This document shows positions 47,362-56,706 of a stretch of DNA of 64,000 nucleotides, piece after piece. The position numbers and the translations under genes are program-made. The notes below the pieces were generated by a model. The model searched no databases. It saw only the letters and a program-made list of their open reading frames with translations, and was not told where the DNA came from. This DNA is from Verrucomicrobiota bacterium (GTDB lineage: Bacteria > Verrucomicrobiota > Verrucomicrobiia > Chthoniobacterales > UBA10450), in contig QHRD01000002.1 in NCBI GenBank assembly GCA_003220005.1, positions 647 through 64,646 on the forward strand, in the 5' to 3' direction. Each line of letters begins with the position of its first letter. Position 1 is the stretch's first letter.

Positions 47362-49539
47362 CTATTGAGGCCTCACTTCGGGAAGTCTTCCACGGAGAAC
47401 GGTGAGTGAATACGGCGGCAGTTCGTACGCTGATGAAGCTTCTCGGGTGAAGCGCGCGGCCGGGAGGCTCCGGATCGGATGGCCGTTTGGGCCGTCAGCG
47501 TGCCAGGCGTATTGCTGTCGCGAAAATTGAATTATCTCAACCTCGCCTACAAAACCGACGGCCTGCTGTGCGTTTGGAAAATTAAAATGCAGGTTGAGCC
47601 GGGCCGCGCGGTTGGGATGCTTGTTGATTGCAAGCAAGGCCCATTGTTTATCTAGTCGTCGCACCGCATAGACGCTGATGACAGATGATGCCTTCGGCTT
47701 TTGCTTTATAGTTACGGGAAATATTTCGTGTGTCTCGTTTGTTGGTTGCATCCATTCTTTTGTGGTGAGTTGCGCTGCATAGTAAGCGGACAAGCGATGC
47801 ACTTGATCATTTTTTGGATTCAACTGAAGCATCATCAAATTGCCCCAGGAACATTTCAGCTCGTCCTGCAGATAGTTCGGCTCGTATCCGTAGAGGTACG
47901 CCTTTGCGCCGCCGAGATTGAGAAAGGTTCTGACAGTGTCTGCTGTGAATAGCGCGCCTTCGATGTCCACCTCAGCGCGCCCGGAAAAAACCGAGTACCC
48001 GTATTCCGTCATTAGCCACGGGATATCAGTGGGAACACCATCAGCGCGAAGGCTCGCGAGCATTGCGCTTAGACGTTTTGGACTCTCCAGCAACTGCGGC
48101 GCGGCGTTAGCGCAGATGTTGTCAAACGGATAAAATTCGAACGAAAAAAAATCGAAGCGCGCTCCGGCGCCTCGAACATATTTCAAAAACCGATTCATCC
48201 ATGAGCGATTGCCTGATGAATCCGTCCACGTGAGCAATTGATCCTCGAAGTTTTGCAGGCTTGGCCCGCCAAGCTTTACCTGTGAATTCAGCGATGTAAG
48301 CCGACGCGCGACGCCGGTGTAGAGTGCAGCGTAATCCTCGGGTGAGGCCCATTGTCCATCGGGTTCTTCGCCTAGCTCGATTCCTTCCAAACTATAATTG
48401 CGCCGGAGCAGATAATTGATCTCAGCAGTAGCATTCTCCGGCGTGTCGTACAACACGCCGACGGGCACGAGCACAGGCAAGTTGATGAGTTTACTTTGCA
48501 AAATGAAATCCAGGCCCGGTTGCTCGATGCTGTAATCGATGTCTTCTGCGCGATGCCACGGATCTGTGGATGAGACGTAAACGATCGTCTGCCGATGCCG
48601 ATCCCGTGCGTGATCAACGTGATCGTGAAAACGATTATGCTTGTCCATATTCCCGAGCTCGATCTCGCGAATCGCAAACCCGAGTCGGTCGCGGATATCG
48701 TTTGAGGTTTGCGCGCTGGTTTGCGAGCTGCCGCTCATTACGATGCGCACGAATCGAACCGAACGCGGGCGCTCAACGAGTCGAATCAGTTCGTCGCCGC
48801 CGTGAGCATGATCAACATTTCCCTGCGGGAAGATCTGCCAGTCGTCATCATCATCCGCGTGCAAATGCATTGGATCCTCACCAGGCCAGTACTCAATTCT
48901 GTATTGCGCAGCGTACGGCGCGGCCCAGTGAATTCGGACGGCGTTCACCGGTTTCGATGCGCCGAGGTCAATCACCACCCATTGCGGATGAGCATCTTCA
49001 GGTTCGCCGGTGAAATGCGAATCGAGATACGGATTGCTTTTCCAAAACGCATCGTGGTCACCGTCGGTGATACGCGAGTAACCGTCGTCGTTTGCCTGAT
49101 CGATCGTGTTTCCGCGACGCGGCAGATGATAGCCGTAGGAAACTTTGATCGGTTCGCCGAGCGAATTGTCGGAGGTCCAATATCCGCATTGGTGGACAGG
49201 ATCGCTCCACGTGCCGCGTGGGTTCCAATGCCAGACATCACCGGCAAGCTCGGTGCGCAACCGATACGTCAGCGGTCCGAACCCGGCCGACAGCATCTCG
49301 GCGATATTCTTATCCGTAAACATTCGAGCGCATTCGCCTTTTTCGTGACCGTCCACGCCTGCGCCCAGCGCTCGCGTTGGCACGCACTGGTTTATCGGAT
49401 GATCCGCGCAGACAATGGCAGAGGCTACGAATGGCTTTTCGCCGCCACGTGTTTCAGCTGGTGATCCTAAATGGACAAGGGTCGAAACAATTACTGCACC
49501 TAGCTGCCAATTTCCCCTTGCGAGCCACGCACTATTCAC
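47362..49539 (-). CDS. secreted discoidin (F5/8 type C)-domain protein with C-terminal TIM-barrel glycoside-hydrolase-like region
   Basis: The discoidin-like part reads [41 protein letters not shown]. The C-terminal part reads [19 protein letters not shown]. Confidence 0.7.
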   Translation of the reverse strand: MNSAWLARGNWQLGAVIVSTLVHLGSPAETRGGEKPFVASAIVCADHPINQCVPTRALGAGVDGHEKGECARMFTDKNIAEMLSAGFGPLTYRLRTELAGDVWHWNPRGTWSDPVHQCGYWTSDNSLGEPIKVSYGYHLPRRGNTIDQANDDGYSRITDGDHDAFWKSNPYLDSHFTGEPEDAHPQWVVIDLGASKPVNAVRIHWAAPYAAQYRIEYWPGEDPMHLHADDDDDWQIFPQGNVDHAHGGDELIRLVERPRSVRFVRIVMSGSSQTSAQTSNDIRDRLGFAIREIELGNMDKHNRFHDHVDHARDRHRQTIVYVSSTDPWHRAEDIDYSIEQPGLDFILQSKLINLPVLVPVGVLYDTPENATAEINYLLRRNYSLEGIELGEEPDGQWASPEDYAALYTGVARRLTSLNSQVKLGGPSLQNFEDQLLTWTDSSGNRSWMNRFLKYVRGAGARFDFFSFEFYPFDNICANAAPQLLESPKRLSAMLASLRADGVPTDIPWLMTEYGYSVFSGRAEVDIEGALFTADTVRTFLNLGGAKAYLYGYEPNYLQDELKCSWGNLMMLQLNPKNDQVHRLSAYYAAQLTTKEWMQPTNETHEIFPVTIKQKPKASSVISVYAVRRLDKQWALLAINKHPNRAARLNLHFNFPNAQQAVGFVGEVEIIQFSRQQYAWHADGPNGHPIRSLPAARFTREASSAYELPPYSLTVLRGRLPEVRPQ

Positions 49540-49571
49540 GGCGTCCTATGTAAATCCGGATCGCCAATTAT

Positions 49572-49686
49572 AAAAGCGACGCGAAGACGCCTCGCACTTC
49601 CAAAGCACTTCGTGCAAAATGAGGTACCACGCGCTGTTGAGATTTCGCGATAGCTTTGGAGTGCGGCGCGTCCTCGCGTCGCTTTT
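49572..49686. repeat. 115-bp imperfect palindrome between two minus-strand genes
   Basis: The left arm aaaagcgacgcgaagacgcctcgcacttccaaagc pairs with the right arm gctttggagtgcggcgcgtcctcgcgtcgctttt, with about 30 of 35 positions complementary. Confidence 0.65.
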
Positions 49687-49690
49687 GGTT

Positions 49691-50284
49691 CTAACGCTGC
49701 GCTTTTTCCAATTGCTTTCTAACTTCGCCTTTTTCGTGGCGAACATCGCTTAGATGACTCTGGAGAAGCGGTAACTGGGATTTTTGCGGGTTGGGGTGGT
49801 GAAGCAAAGTCTTATTGTTCTTGCCACCGTAGTATGCAGGTCCAGGTTGCTTCGCTTCGCCTATCCGGAGAAGCAAGTCGTCTTCTTGTTTTTGCAGCTG
49901 GTCGTAGCGGGCTTGCAAAGCCTGGGTGCGATTTTGAGCTGCTTCTTGTTCGGCGAGAACCGCCTTCTGTTTTGCTACCGCGTTCTCTCGTTCATGTTGG
50001 CTATCTTCCTGTTGCTTTTGATATGCCGTGTAATTTGCAGCCTGCTCGACTCCATAAGCCGTGGCCTTCTGTTGGTCATAATGAAAACGTTCTTGGACTT
50101 CTTTTGGCAGTTCAGCGAAGGACAGCTTTGAGATTCCTGACTTGGTCTTGACGACAATGCCGTCTGGCTCCACGCGAGTGACGGTGGCATCCTTGTATTC
50201 TTTGCCATTAACGGTTTTGAAGTCCTCGGAAAAGACGGTTGATGTGCAAGATAAGATTAAAAACGTGAGAACTTTTGCGTTCAC
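49691..50284 (-). CDS. secreted protein with N-terminal SH3-like beta module and coiled-coil tail
   Basis: It has a signal peptide, then NGKEYKDATVTRVEPDGIVVKTKSGISKLSFAELPKEVQERF, then a Q/E/A-rich coiled coil. Confidence 0.6.
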   Translation of the reverse strand: MNAKVLTFLILSCTSTVFSEDFKTVNGKEYKDATVTRVEPDGIVVKTKSGISKLSFAELPKEVQERFHYDQQKATAYGVEQAANYTAYQKQQEDSQHERENAVAKQKAVLAEQEAAQNRTQALQARYDQLQKQEDDLLLRIGEAKQPGPAYYGGKNNKTLLHHPNPQKSQLPLLQSHLSDVRHEKGEVRKQLEKAQR

Positions 50285-50343
50285 TTGTCGCGTTTTCTGT
50301 TCTCATATTCAGGGTTATTCGGTCAAGGAGAATTCCAGCTGAT

Positions 50344-50438
50344 TGTCATGTTGAGTGAAACGAAACATCTCTGATCTATTCCGATTGGGCGACTGCTCCC
50401 AAAGTGATCCTGGATTCCTCGCTCCGCTCAGAATGACA
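50344..50438. repeat. MITE-like palindromic element, full copy
   Basis: The ends are tgtcatgttgagtgaaacga ... tcgctccgctcagaatgaca. Confidence 0.7.
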
Positions 50439-50502
50439 TTCTGAAATAGCCCTTGGTGCGATGCTGGACAACAGTCGCCGCGCAGAGAACCTTCAAAAAC
50501 GG

Positions 50503-51627
50503 ATGCGAATCAAAGCAGTTTCTAGGGCCGCTGTTGCAACAATTGTAGTGAGTCTGGCAATGACTGGATGCCGACAGCATGTCGCGGTTGCGCAGGTCGA
50601 CCCGAATGGTGCGGTCGAAGTAGTCATCCCCGAGCAAGGCGCATACACGGGCGCATTTATGGATTTTGGCGATGAAGAGGACGATGTAACGCTGGAGACG
50701 ATCGAGGATTTCGAGCAGATGGTGGGCAAACACCAGGCCATCATCGCTTCGTCGAGCTATTGGGGAGAACAAAATTTCCCCGTGGATAATCTGAACATAA
50801 TCTGGCGGCACGGGTCGCTCCCGTTGGTTTTCTGGTCGCCGTGGGACAAGCCGTATGAGGAAGATCACGGGCCGGACAAGTTCAGTTTGACTGAGATTCT
50901 TGCAGGTAAATGGGACGCCTACATCGATAAATGGGCGGATGCCGCTCGAGACTTTGGCCATCCATTAATCGTCGTATTCGGCGTCGAAATGAATGGGACA
51001 TGGTTCCCGTGGTCGGGCGCTTACTACGGCGGCGCCCAATGGGACCCCGATCAGAAAAATTGGAAGGGGCCGGAAACATTTCGCAAGGCTTATCGGTACG
51101 TAGTGGATCGGGTGCGCGCCCGCGGCACTTCAAACGTTAAGTGGATGTTTCACACCAACAATTATCCATATCCGTACGAAATCTGGAACTGCGCGCCTGC
51201 CTATTATCCCGGCTCAGACTACGTCGATTGGCTCGGTCTCAGCGTTTACGGACAGCAATACAAGGACGAGCCGAATCCCGATATTCCTTCATTAGTTGAT
51301 TGGCCGTATGAAGAAATGAGCCGACTCGATCCGAATAAGCCCATTATGATTGCCGAGTGGGCGACGGGCGAGTTTCCTCTCGCTACAGCGCCCCCCAGCG
51401 CTATCCGCAAACCGGCGTGGATCAAACAAGGGCTGCAGCTATTTCGCACGCGGTATCCGCGGATAAAGGCAGCGGTTTATTGGCACGAGCGCTGGCAAAA
51501 CGCCGATGGCTCTTACAGCAACCTGCGCGTCAATTCTTCCGTGGAATCGCTACAGGCGTATCGCGAAGGAGTCACGCATCCGAATTGGCTGGGCGATTTG
51601 ATCCTGCGCGCGATTCCGAAAAAGTGA
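50503..51627 (+). CDS. glycoside hydrolase family 26-like lipoprotein (mannanase/endoglucanase type)
   Basis: The lipoprotein signal is MRIKAVSRAAVATIVVSLAMTGC. FGVEMNGTWFPWSG is acid/base-like and PIMIAEWATG is nucleophile-like. Confidence 0.8.
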   Translation: MRIKAVSRAAVATIVVSLAMTGCRQHVAVAQVDPNGAVEVVIPEQGAYTGAFMDFGDEEDDVTLETIEDFEQMVGKHQAIIASSSYWGEQNFPVDNLNIIWRHGSLPLVFWSPWDKPYEEDHGPDKFSLTEILAGKWDAYIDKWADAARDFGHPLIVVFGVEMNGTWFPWSGAYYGGAQWDPDQKNWKGPETFRKAYRYVVDRVRARGTSNVKWMFHTNNYPYPYEIWNCAPAYYPGSDYVDWLGLSVYGQQYKDEPNPDIPSLVDWPYEEMSRLDPNKPIMIAEWATGEFPLATAPPSAIRKPAWIKQGLQLFRTRYPRIKAAVYWHERWQNADGSYSNLRVNSSVESLQAYREGVTHPNWLGDLILRAIPKK

Positions 51628-51695
51628 CTGTGGTTGGGCGCGCCGCGGCGGGCTCGGCCAGCCCGCCCTACTATTCTGTTCGGCTCTTAGACAAA

Positions 51696-52232
51696 ATGCG
51701 CACTTGGCAGCGTCTTGGATATAAAGACCGTGAAAAGGTCATGGACAATGTCGCCAGCCATGAGAATTGGAAGAGTTGCTTTTCGGAAGTTGCTCCGGGG
51801 TTATTGCTCTTTGCCCGGCAATGGGTGCATTCAGCTGCCGACGCGGAAGATGTTGTCCAGGAAGCTTTCGTCAAGTTCTGGCGGCGCCACCACAACATTG
51901 AGAATCGCGCGCTGCTTTATGCTGCTGTGCGCTCCATTGCCCTCGATTTTATTCGTCGCGACAAACGCCGGACGCAGCGCGAGGCCACTGCTTTTGCCGA
52001 AGCCGAGCCAGCCATTAAGCCGCAGTTTGAATGGGAGGATGAAACACAATCGACACTGGCGGCGGCAGTTGGTTCGTTGCCGCACGATCAACGCGAGGTA
52101 CTGGTCTTGAAGATTTGGAATGAGCTTACTTTTAACGAGATCGGCAGCGCGCTGGGAATCTCTCAGAACACGGCCGCATCGCGCTATCGCTATGCCTTGG
52201 CCAACCTGAAAAAAAATTTGCAACCGCAATGA
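51696..52232 (+). CDS. ECF sigma-70 family sigma factor
   Basis: Region 2 reads AEDVVQEAFVKFWRR. Region 4 reads DQREVLVLKIWNELTFNEIGSALGISQNTAASRYRYAL. An alternative ATG lies at 51741. Confidence 0.85.
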   Translation: MRTWQRLGYKDREKVMDNVASHENWKSCFSEVAPGLLLFARQWVHSAADAEDVVQEAFVKFWRRHHNIENRALLYAAVRSIALDFIRRDKRRTQREATAFAEAEPAIKPQFEWEDETQSTLAAAVGSLPHDQREVLVLKIWNELTFNEIGSALGISQNTAASRYRYALANLKKNLQPQ

Positions 52233-52780
52233 ACGATTTCTCTGAGCTTGAGAATGAACTCAAGAAGCTGCGACCGGCGCAGCCGTCGCCGATCTTATTT
52301 GAGCGCATTGAAGAAGCTTTGGGCAAACCTTGTAGGGCGCCCTTGTCAGACGCCAAACCGAGTTGGCGGCATTTCACAGAAACGCCATACAATTGGTTGT
52401 CGTTAGGCTTCGGCCTCGCGGCTGCGGCAGTTTTGGTCTTGTTCGCGGCGGTCAGTATTGAACGCCGGCAGGAGCGAAACGAAAAGATCGCGCAAGTTTC
52501 GCCCGCATCCGAGACAAGATCGGTTTCACCCGCGCGCCGTGATGGCAGCGGCGGCGGATCTACGTCCTCCAACCGATTCATTCCTGCTGGCGCAACGCAG
52601 GTCGTTTACAACACGCGCGACGAAGGATTGCAGTTTGCACAAGGCTCAGAGCAACCGCTGCGCCGCGTTCGCTATCAAACGCATCAGACGTGGCAATGGC
52701 GCAATCCGACGACTGGCGCATCACTTCGTGTGTCTTATCCCAGCGAGGAGGTCATCCTTATTCCTGTTTCAGTCCAATGA
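52229..52780 (+). CDS. putative membrane-anchored anti-sigma factor
   Basis: It has a 4-nt ATGA overlap with the sigma gene, a single central TM segment (WLSLGFGLAAAAVLVLFAAV), and no enzymatic motifs. Confidence 0.5.
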   Translation: MNDFSELENELKKLRPAQPSPILFERIEEALGKPCRAPLSDAKPSWRHFTETPYNWLSLGFGLAAAAVLVLFAAVSIERRQERNEKIAQVSPASETRSVSPARRDGSGGGSTSSNRFIPAGATQVVYNTRDEGLQFAQGSEQPLRRVRYQTHQTWQWRNPTTGASLRVSYPSEEVILIPVSVQ

Positions 52781-53844
52781 TCAAAAACAAAACCATGAAA
52801 ATAAAATCCATCGTTACAATCGCAGCCATCGCCTTGTTGCCGATCTCAGGGTTTGCTCAGACACCACCAGCGCCGCCAGAGCCTCCCGCTCCGCCCCATC
52901 CGCCCGGCCCGCCAGGGGTACCAGGTCATCATCATGAGAAAGGGCCGAAGGTCCCTGTGACATATCTCGGCGTGGAGACATCGCAGGTTCCGGATGTCGT
53001 CAGCGAACAGCTCGGTCTGGCCAAAGGTCTTGGCCTGGTCGTCGAGTACGTGGAGTCGAACAGTCCTGCCGCGTCGGCAGGCGTTCAGCAGAACGACATC
53101 CTCAAAATGCTGAACGACCAGATTCTGATCGAACCCAGTCAACTGCGAAAGCTCCTACAGACTTTCCCTGAAGGCACAGAAGTGACCCTAACGATCTTGC
53201 GCAAAGGCAAGGAGCAAAAGCTCACCATCAAGCTCGCTAAAAAAGAAGTGCCACAGCGTCACTCCATGATTCCCGGAGGAAACCACGATTGGCATTGGGA
53301 TTTCGACGAGACAGGCGATCTCGGCGAACAAATGAAAGAATTGAAAGAACAGTTAAAGGAACAGTTGGGCGACACGCGTGGCATCGTCCGTGGGGCAGTT
53401 ATTCAAGCCCACGAGGCAGCGCGACACGCACGGGAAGATGCCCGTCGCGCTGCGCGAGAGATCCACATTCTGAGCAGAGACAACGGAGCGCTCCGGGCTA
53501 CGAGTATCGACCTTGGCAACGCGCAAATCGTTTTCTCCGATGACAAGGGCGAGTTGAAATTGGAAAACGTGGATGGAAAGAAATTGCTCACGGTCAAAGG
53601 CCCGCAGGGCAAATTGGTGTTCAGCGGGCCGGTCGAGACGCAAGAGGACATTGATAAATTGCCGGCCGACGTTCGTGATCGCTACGAGAAATTACAGCAG
53701 AACGACTTGCCGGAAGTCGCGCCGAGAGCCGATACCGATAATGAGGATGCGGACGACGATAACGACGATGACGATGCGGAAAATCGCGAACCATTGCCGG
53801 AGCAAGTTTCGCTCAAATCGCTTTACCGAGCAGCGTACTCCTGA
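52777..53844 (+). CDS. secreted PDZ-domain protein with acidic C-terminus
   Basis: It has a signal peptide. The PDZ-like part reads YLGVETSQVPDVVSEQLGLAKGLGLVVEYVESNSPAASAGVQQNDILKMLNDQ. It has an ATGA overlap with the preceding gene. Confidence 0.75.
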   Translation: MIKNKTMKIKSIVTIAAIALLPISGFAQTPPAPPEPPAPPHPPGPPGVPGHHHEKGPKVPVTYLGVETSQVPDVVSEQLGLAKGLGLVVEYVESNSPAASAGVQQNDILKMLNDQILIEPSQLRKLLQTFPEGTEVTLTILRKGKEQKLTIKLAKKEVPQRHSMIPGGNHDWHWDFDETGDLGEQMKELKEQLKEQLGDTRGIVRGAVIQAHEAARHAREDARRAAREIHILSRDNGALRATSIDLGNAQIVFSDDKGELKLENVDGKKLLTVKGPQGKLVFSGPVETQEDIDKLPADVRDRYEKLQQNDLPEVAPRADTDNEDADDDNDDDDAENREPLPEQVSLKSLYRAAYS

Positions 53845-53868
53845 ATTAATCTGATTTGAAGCAGAGGA

Positions 53869-53950
53869 GAAACTCCGCCGAGCATTTGAACCTGGTTTAG
53901 CCACCCGCTTTTGAAGGCTACGGCGGGCAGGTCCGCTCGGCGGAGTTTTC
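53869..53950 (+). terminator. long stem-loop after the PDZ gene (terminator-like or repeat-derived)
   Basis: A 15-bp stem gaaactccgccgagc / gctcggcggagtttc encloses about 51 nt and is followed by a tcgttt stretch. The loop contains the ggctacggcgggcagg word seen in other repeats. Confidence 0.45.
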
Positions 53951-54102
53951 GTTTGTGCGAAAGATTCCGCGCCTCCGGTGCTTTGGCATCACCTTCGGAG
54001 AAGTCGATTCACCAAAGGCCGAACGGGTTGTCCTCAACGCGTTGGCAAAAACTTCCATTTTTCTTGCCGTGATAAATCCGCGCGGTATAACGGTGGCGCG
54101 TA

Positions 54103-55569
54103 ATGATGCGGATTTTTTTTCTTATCGGGGTCATTGCGTTGGTCTCTCCGCTGCCTGCGCAAACGCCGTCTCCTTCTGCTTCACCGTCGCTCGAGCAGCG
54201 CATAGCCGATCTCGAAGCTTATGTAAATAATTCGGCGCGCGGCGCCGATACCGGCTCGCCAATGGCGTCGAACATCGCGGGCCCGGGTCCCGGCCATAAT
54301 GCATGGATGATGACGTGCGCCGCGTTGGTTCTTTTCATGACGTTGCCGGGCCTGGCGCTTTTTTATGGTGGCCTTGTCCGCGCGAAGAACGTCCTTTCCG
54401 TGCTGGCACAATGTCTCGGCATTGCCGGCCTGGTCACGATCGTTTGGTGGGCGGCAGGTTATTCGCTCGTTTTTTCCCATGGAACGCCCTTCATTGGAGG
54501 ATTGAAGTTTGCCTTTCTGCACGGCGTCGATGCGCGACCGAACAGCGATTATTCGTACTGGGTTTCGCAGAATGTGTTCGCCATGTATCAGCTGATGTTC
54601 GCCATCATCACGCCGGCTTTAATCATCGGCGCGGTCGCTGAGCGGATGAAATTCGCAGCCATTCTCATTTTCGTCGGCGTGTGGATGTTCGCGGTGTATT
54701 TCCCAATCGCGCACATGGTTTGGGGGATCGACGGCTGGATGAACGGTGTGTGGAATGCGGGCGCGAAAATTACTGCAATCGATTTTGCCGGCGGCACGGT
54801 CGTTCACATGACCTCAGGTTGGTCGGCACTGGTGTTGTGCATTCTTCTCGGGCACAGGCTCGGATTTAGAAAAGAAATCATGGCGCCGCACAGCATGGTG
54901 CTGTGCATGGTTGGTACGGGCCTGCTTTGGGTCGGTTGGTACGGATTCAACGCTGGAAGCGCTCTTGCGGCGGATGGCATCGCCGCAAACGCATTCATGA
55001 CCACAACGCTTGCGACGGCGGTGGCGTCGTTCGCGTGGGCGATGCTCGAGTATGCGCTGCGTGGCAAACCGAGCGTGCTCGGATTTTGTTCCGGCGCAGT
55101 CGCCGGGCTGGTGGTGATCACTCCGGCCTGCGGATACGTCGCTCCGAGCGACGCAGTGATGATCGGCGTCGCGGCGGGAATCGTCCCGTTTTTTGCGTGC
55201 ACGAAACTAAAATCCTGGTTCGGCTATGACGATGCGCTTGATACGTTCGGCATCCACGCAGTAGGCGGGACGCTCGGCGCATTTCTCACAGGTGTGTTCG
55301 CCACGGCGAGTGTGAATTCAAATCTTTCGCTAAGCATTACCGGATCGCTTAATCCCGCGACACAAAACGGGCTTGCGCGAATTGTTGGTCACACGCTGTG
55401 GATCGAACAGTTGAAAGCAATTGTGATCACGATCGTGCTGGCGGTCGTGGGAAGCGCGATCATCGGGGCGATCGTCAGAGGTGCGATCGGTCTGCGCATC
55501 GCACCCGAGATCGAGCGACAGGGGCTCGACATCAATCAACACGGCGAAGAAGGCTATATCACTTCCTGA
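54103..55569 (+). CDS. amt: ammonium transporter (Amt family)
   Basis: 488 aa. It reads NAWMMTCAALVLFMTLPGLALFYGGLVR..DFAGGTVVH..GWYGFNAGS. Confidence 0.95.
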   Translation: MMRIFFLIGVIALVSPLPAQTPSPSASPSLEQRIADLEAYVNNSARGADTGSPMASNIAGPGPGHNAWMMTCAALVLFMTLPGLALFYGGLVRAKNVLSVLAQCLGIAGLVTIVWWAAGYSLVFSHGTPFIGGLKFAFLHGVDARPNSDYSYWVSQNVFAMYQLMFAIITPALIIGAVAERMKFAAILIFVGVWMFAVYFPIAHMVWGIDGWMNGVWNAGAKITAIDFAGGTVVHMTSGWSALVLCILLGHRLGFRKEIMAPHSMVLCMVGTGLLWVGWYGFNAGSALAADGIAANAFMTTTLATAVASFAWAMLEYALRGKPSVLGFCSGAVAGLVVITPACGYVAPSDAVMIGVAAGIVPFFACTKLKSWFGYDDALDTFGIHAVGGTLGAFLTGVFATASVNSNLSLSITGSLNPATQNGLARIVGHTLWIEQLKAIVITIVLAVVGSAIIGAIVRGAIGLRIAPEIERQGLDINQHGEEGYITS

Positions 55570-55574
55570 CCAAA

Positions 55575-55643
55575 TCGTCCTCGTCGTCGTCCTCGTAATC
55601 GCGGACCCGCTGAATCGAGGACGAGGAAGGGGACGAGGACGAG
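55575..55643. repeat. word-like inverted repeat directly after amt
   Basis: The arms are tcgtcctcgtcgtcgtcctcg and cgaggacgaggaaggggacgaggacgag around the core taatcgcggacccgctgaat. Confidence 0.6.
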
Positions 55644-55691
55644 AGACGAATTCGTGCAGACTGGAAACCTTTGATCGATAGACCATAGCGA

Positions 55692-56102
55692 ATGAACCAG
55701 GATAAAGAACACCTGCGGTTGTTGGCGATTTTTCACTACATCGTAGCTGGGCTCGCTGCGCTCTTCTCCTTCTTCCCGCTTCTTTACACGACGATCGGTG
55801 CGATTTTCATATTCGTTGCGCGCCACGGTACACCAAAACCAGGTGAAGATTTGCCGCCGGAATTTCTTGGCTGGATTTTTGTCGGACTCGGTTCGTTTTT
55901 GCTTTTACTCGGGATTGCTATGGCGACTTGCATTTTGATTGCCGGGCGATGCCTTTCCCGATTCAAATGTTACTCTTTCACTCTCGTGATCGCTTGCGTT
56001 GAATGCCTCTTCATTCCCTTTGGAACAATTCTCGGAGTCTTCACAATTATCGTTCTGTCGCGAGAGTCCGTGAAGGCGTTGTTTTCAACAGCGCCGCTGT
56101 AG
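55692..56102 (+). CDS. small integral membrane protein, function unknown
   Basis: 136 aa with four hydrophobic helices. Confidence 0.6.
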   Translation: MNQDKEHLRLLAIFHYIVAGLAALFSFFPLLYTTIGAIFIFVARHGTPKPGEDLPPEFLGWIFVGLGSFLLLLGIAMATCILIAGRCLSRFKCYSFTLVIACVECLFIPFGTILGVFTIIVLSRESVKALFSTAPL

Positions 56103-56223
56103 CGTCCGACTGGTCCGCCGTAGCCTAGGCGAACGCGGATGCCCTCGGCCGAAAGTTGCACGAATGCCGGCTCTCAAACATCGGACGCCGCACGTCGCAC
56201 AGCCCAACATCGAATGAAAGAGC

Positions 56224-56307
56224 TGCCGGCGGAGGGGCTCGAACCCACACGGCCTTGCGGCCACTGGATTTTGAGTCCAGCGCGTCTGCCAATTCCGCCA
56301 CGCCGGC
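56224..56307 (-). tRNA. tRNA-Leu (anticodon CAA)
   Basis: The reverse complement is GCCGGCGTGGCGGAATTGGCAGACGCGCTGGACTCAAAATCCAGTGGCCGCAAGGCCGTGTGGGTTCGAGCCCCTCCGCCGGCA. It has a 7-bp acceptor stem, the anticodon arm CTGGA-CTCAAAA-TCCAG, a long variable arm and a TTCGAGC T-loop with one U-U mismatch in the T stem. Confidence 0.9.
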
Positions 56308-56589
56308 TTTTCACAATTGCTTTGGAAAGCATCACGTTACAGGGGCGTCAAAAAGCCCTCCCACATCTTTTCGTCCGGCATTCAGTCTGTCACGAACTTT
56401 CATTAGGCCGTGCTATGCTGCCTAACGAGATATGGATGGAATTTCTCCGTCGTATTTTACGGAATTATTTCGTCTAATCGGCTCGCGTCCCTCGCAATCG
56501 CCCGACAAACGCGGAATCATGGGAAATTCCCTTTAACCGGGAAGGTCTGGCCGTTTGGGCGAAACTGCCCAAAAAATTGGGTGCCGGAT

Positions 56590-56706
56590 TTATTTTCCGC
56601 TCGGCGCTGGAGGTGGTGCGACTACCTCCTTGTGTTGCGCGCAAGCCCCTAATCCCAAAGCGGTGACCATAACGGCCACGACCATGATCGTTTTCAATAG
56701 TTTCAA
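56590..56706 (-). CDS. 38-aa small lipoprotein
   Basis: A TTG start lies 9 nt after AAAGGAGG. The peptide is MKLLKTIMVVAVMVTALGLGACAQHKEVVAPPPAPSGK with the lipobox LGAC. Confidence 0.5.
   Translation of the reverse strand: MKLLKTIMVVAVMVTALGLGACAQHKEVVAPPPAPSGK

Noticed and set aside
47362-51627. The discoidin/GH-like gene, the coiled-coil protein gene and the GH26 gene as a polysaccharide utilisation locus.
   Set aside because: There are only two putative hydrolases on opposite strands separated by repeats, with no transporter or regulator. That is too little to call a system.
54040-54070. A possible sigma-54 promoter (ttggcaaaaacttccatttttcttgcc) upstream of amt.
   Set aside because: The GG and GC elements are about 20 nt apart instead of the canonical 10-nt spacing. 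No rpoN or NtrC-type activator lies nearby.
56139-56477. ORFs of 112 and 89 aa overlapping the tRNA-Leu gene.
   Set aside because: They run straight through the tRNA sequence on the opposite strand and have no motifs, so they are artefacts.
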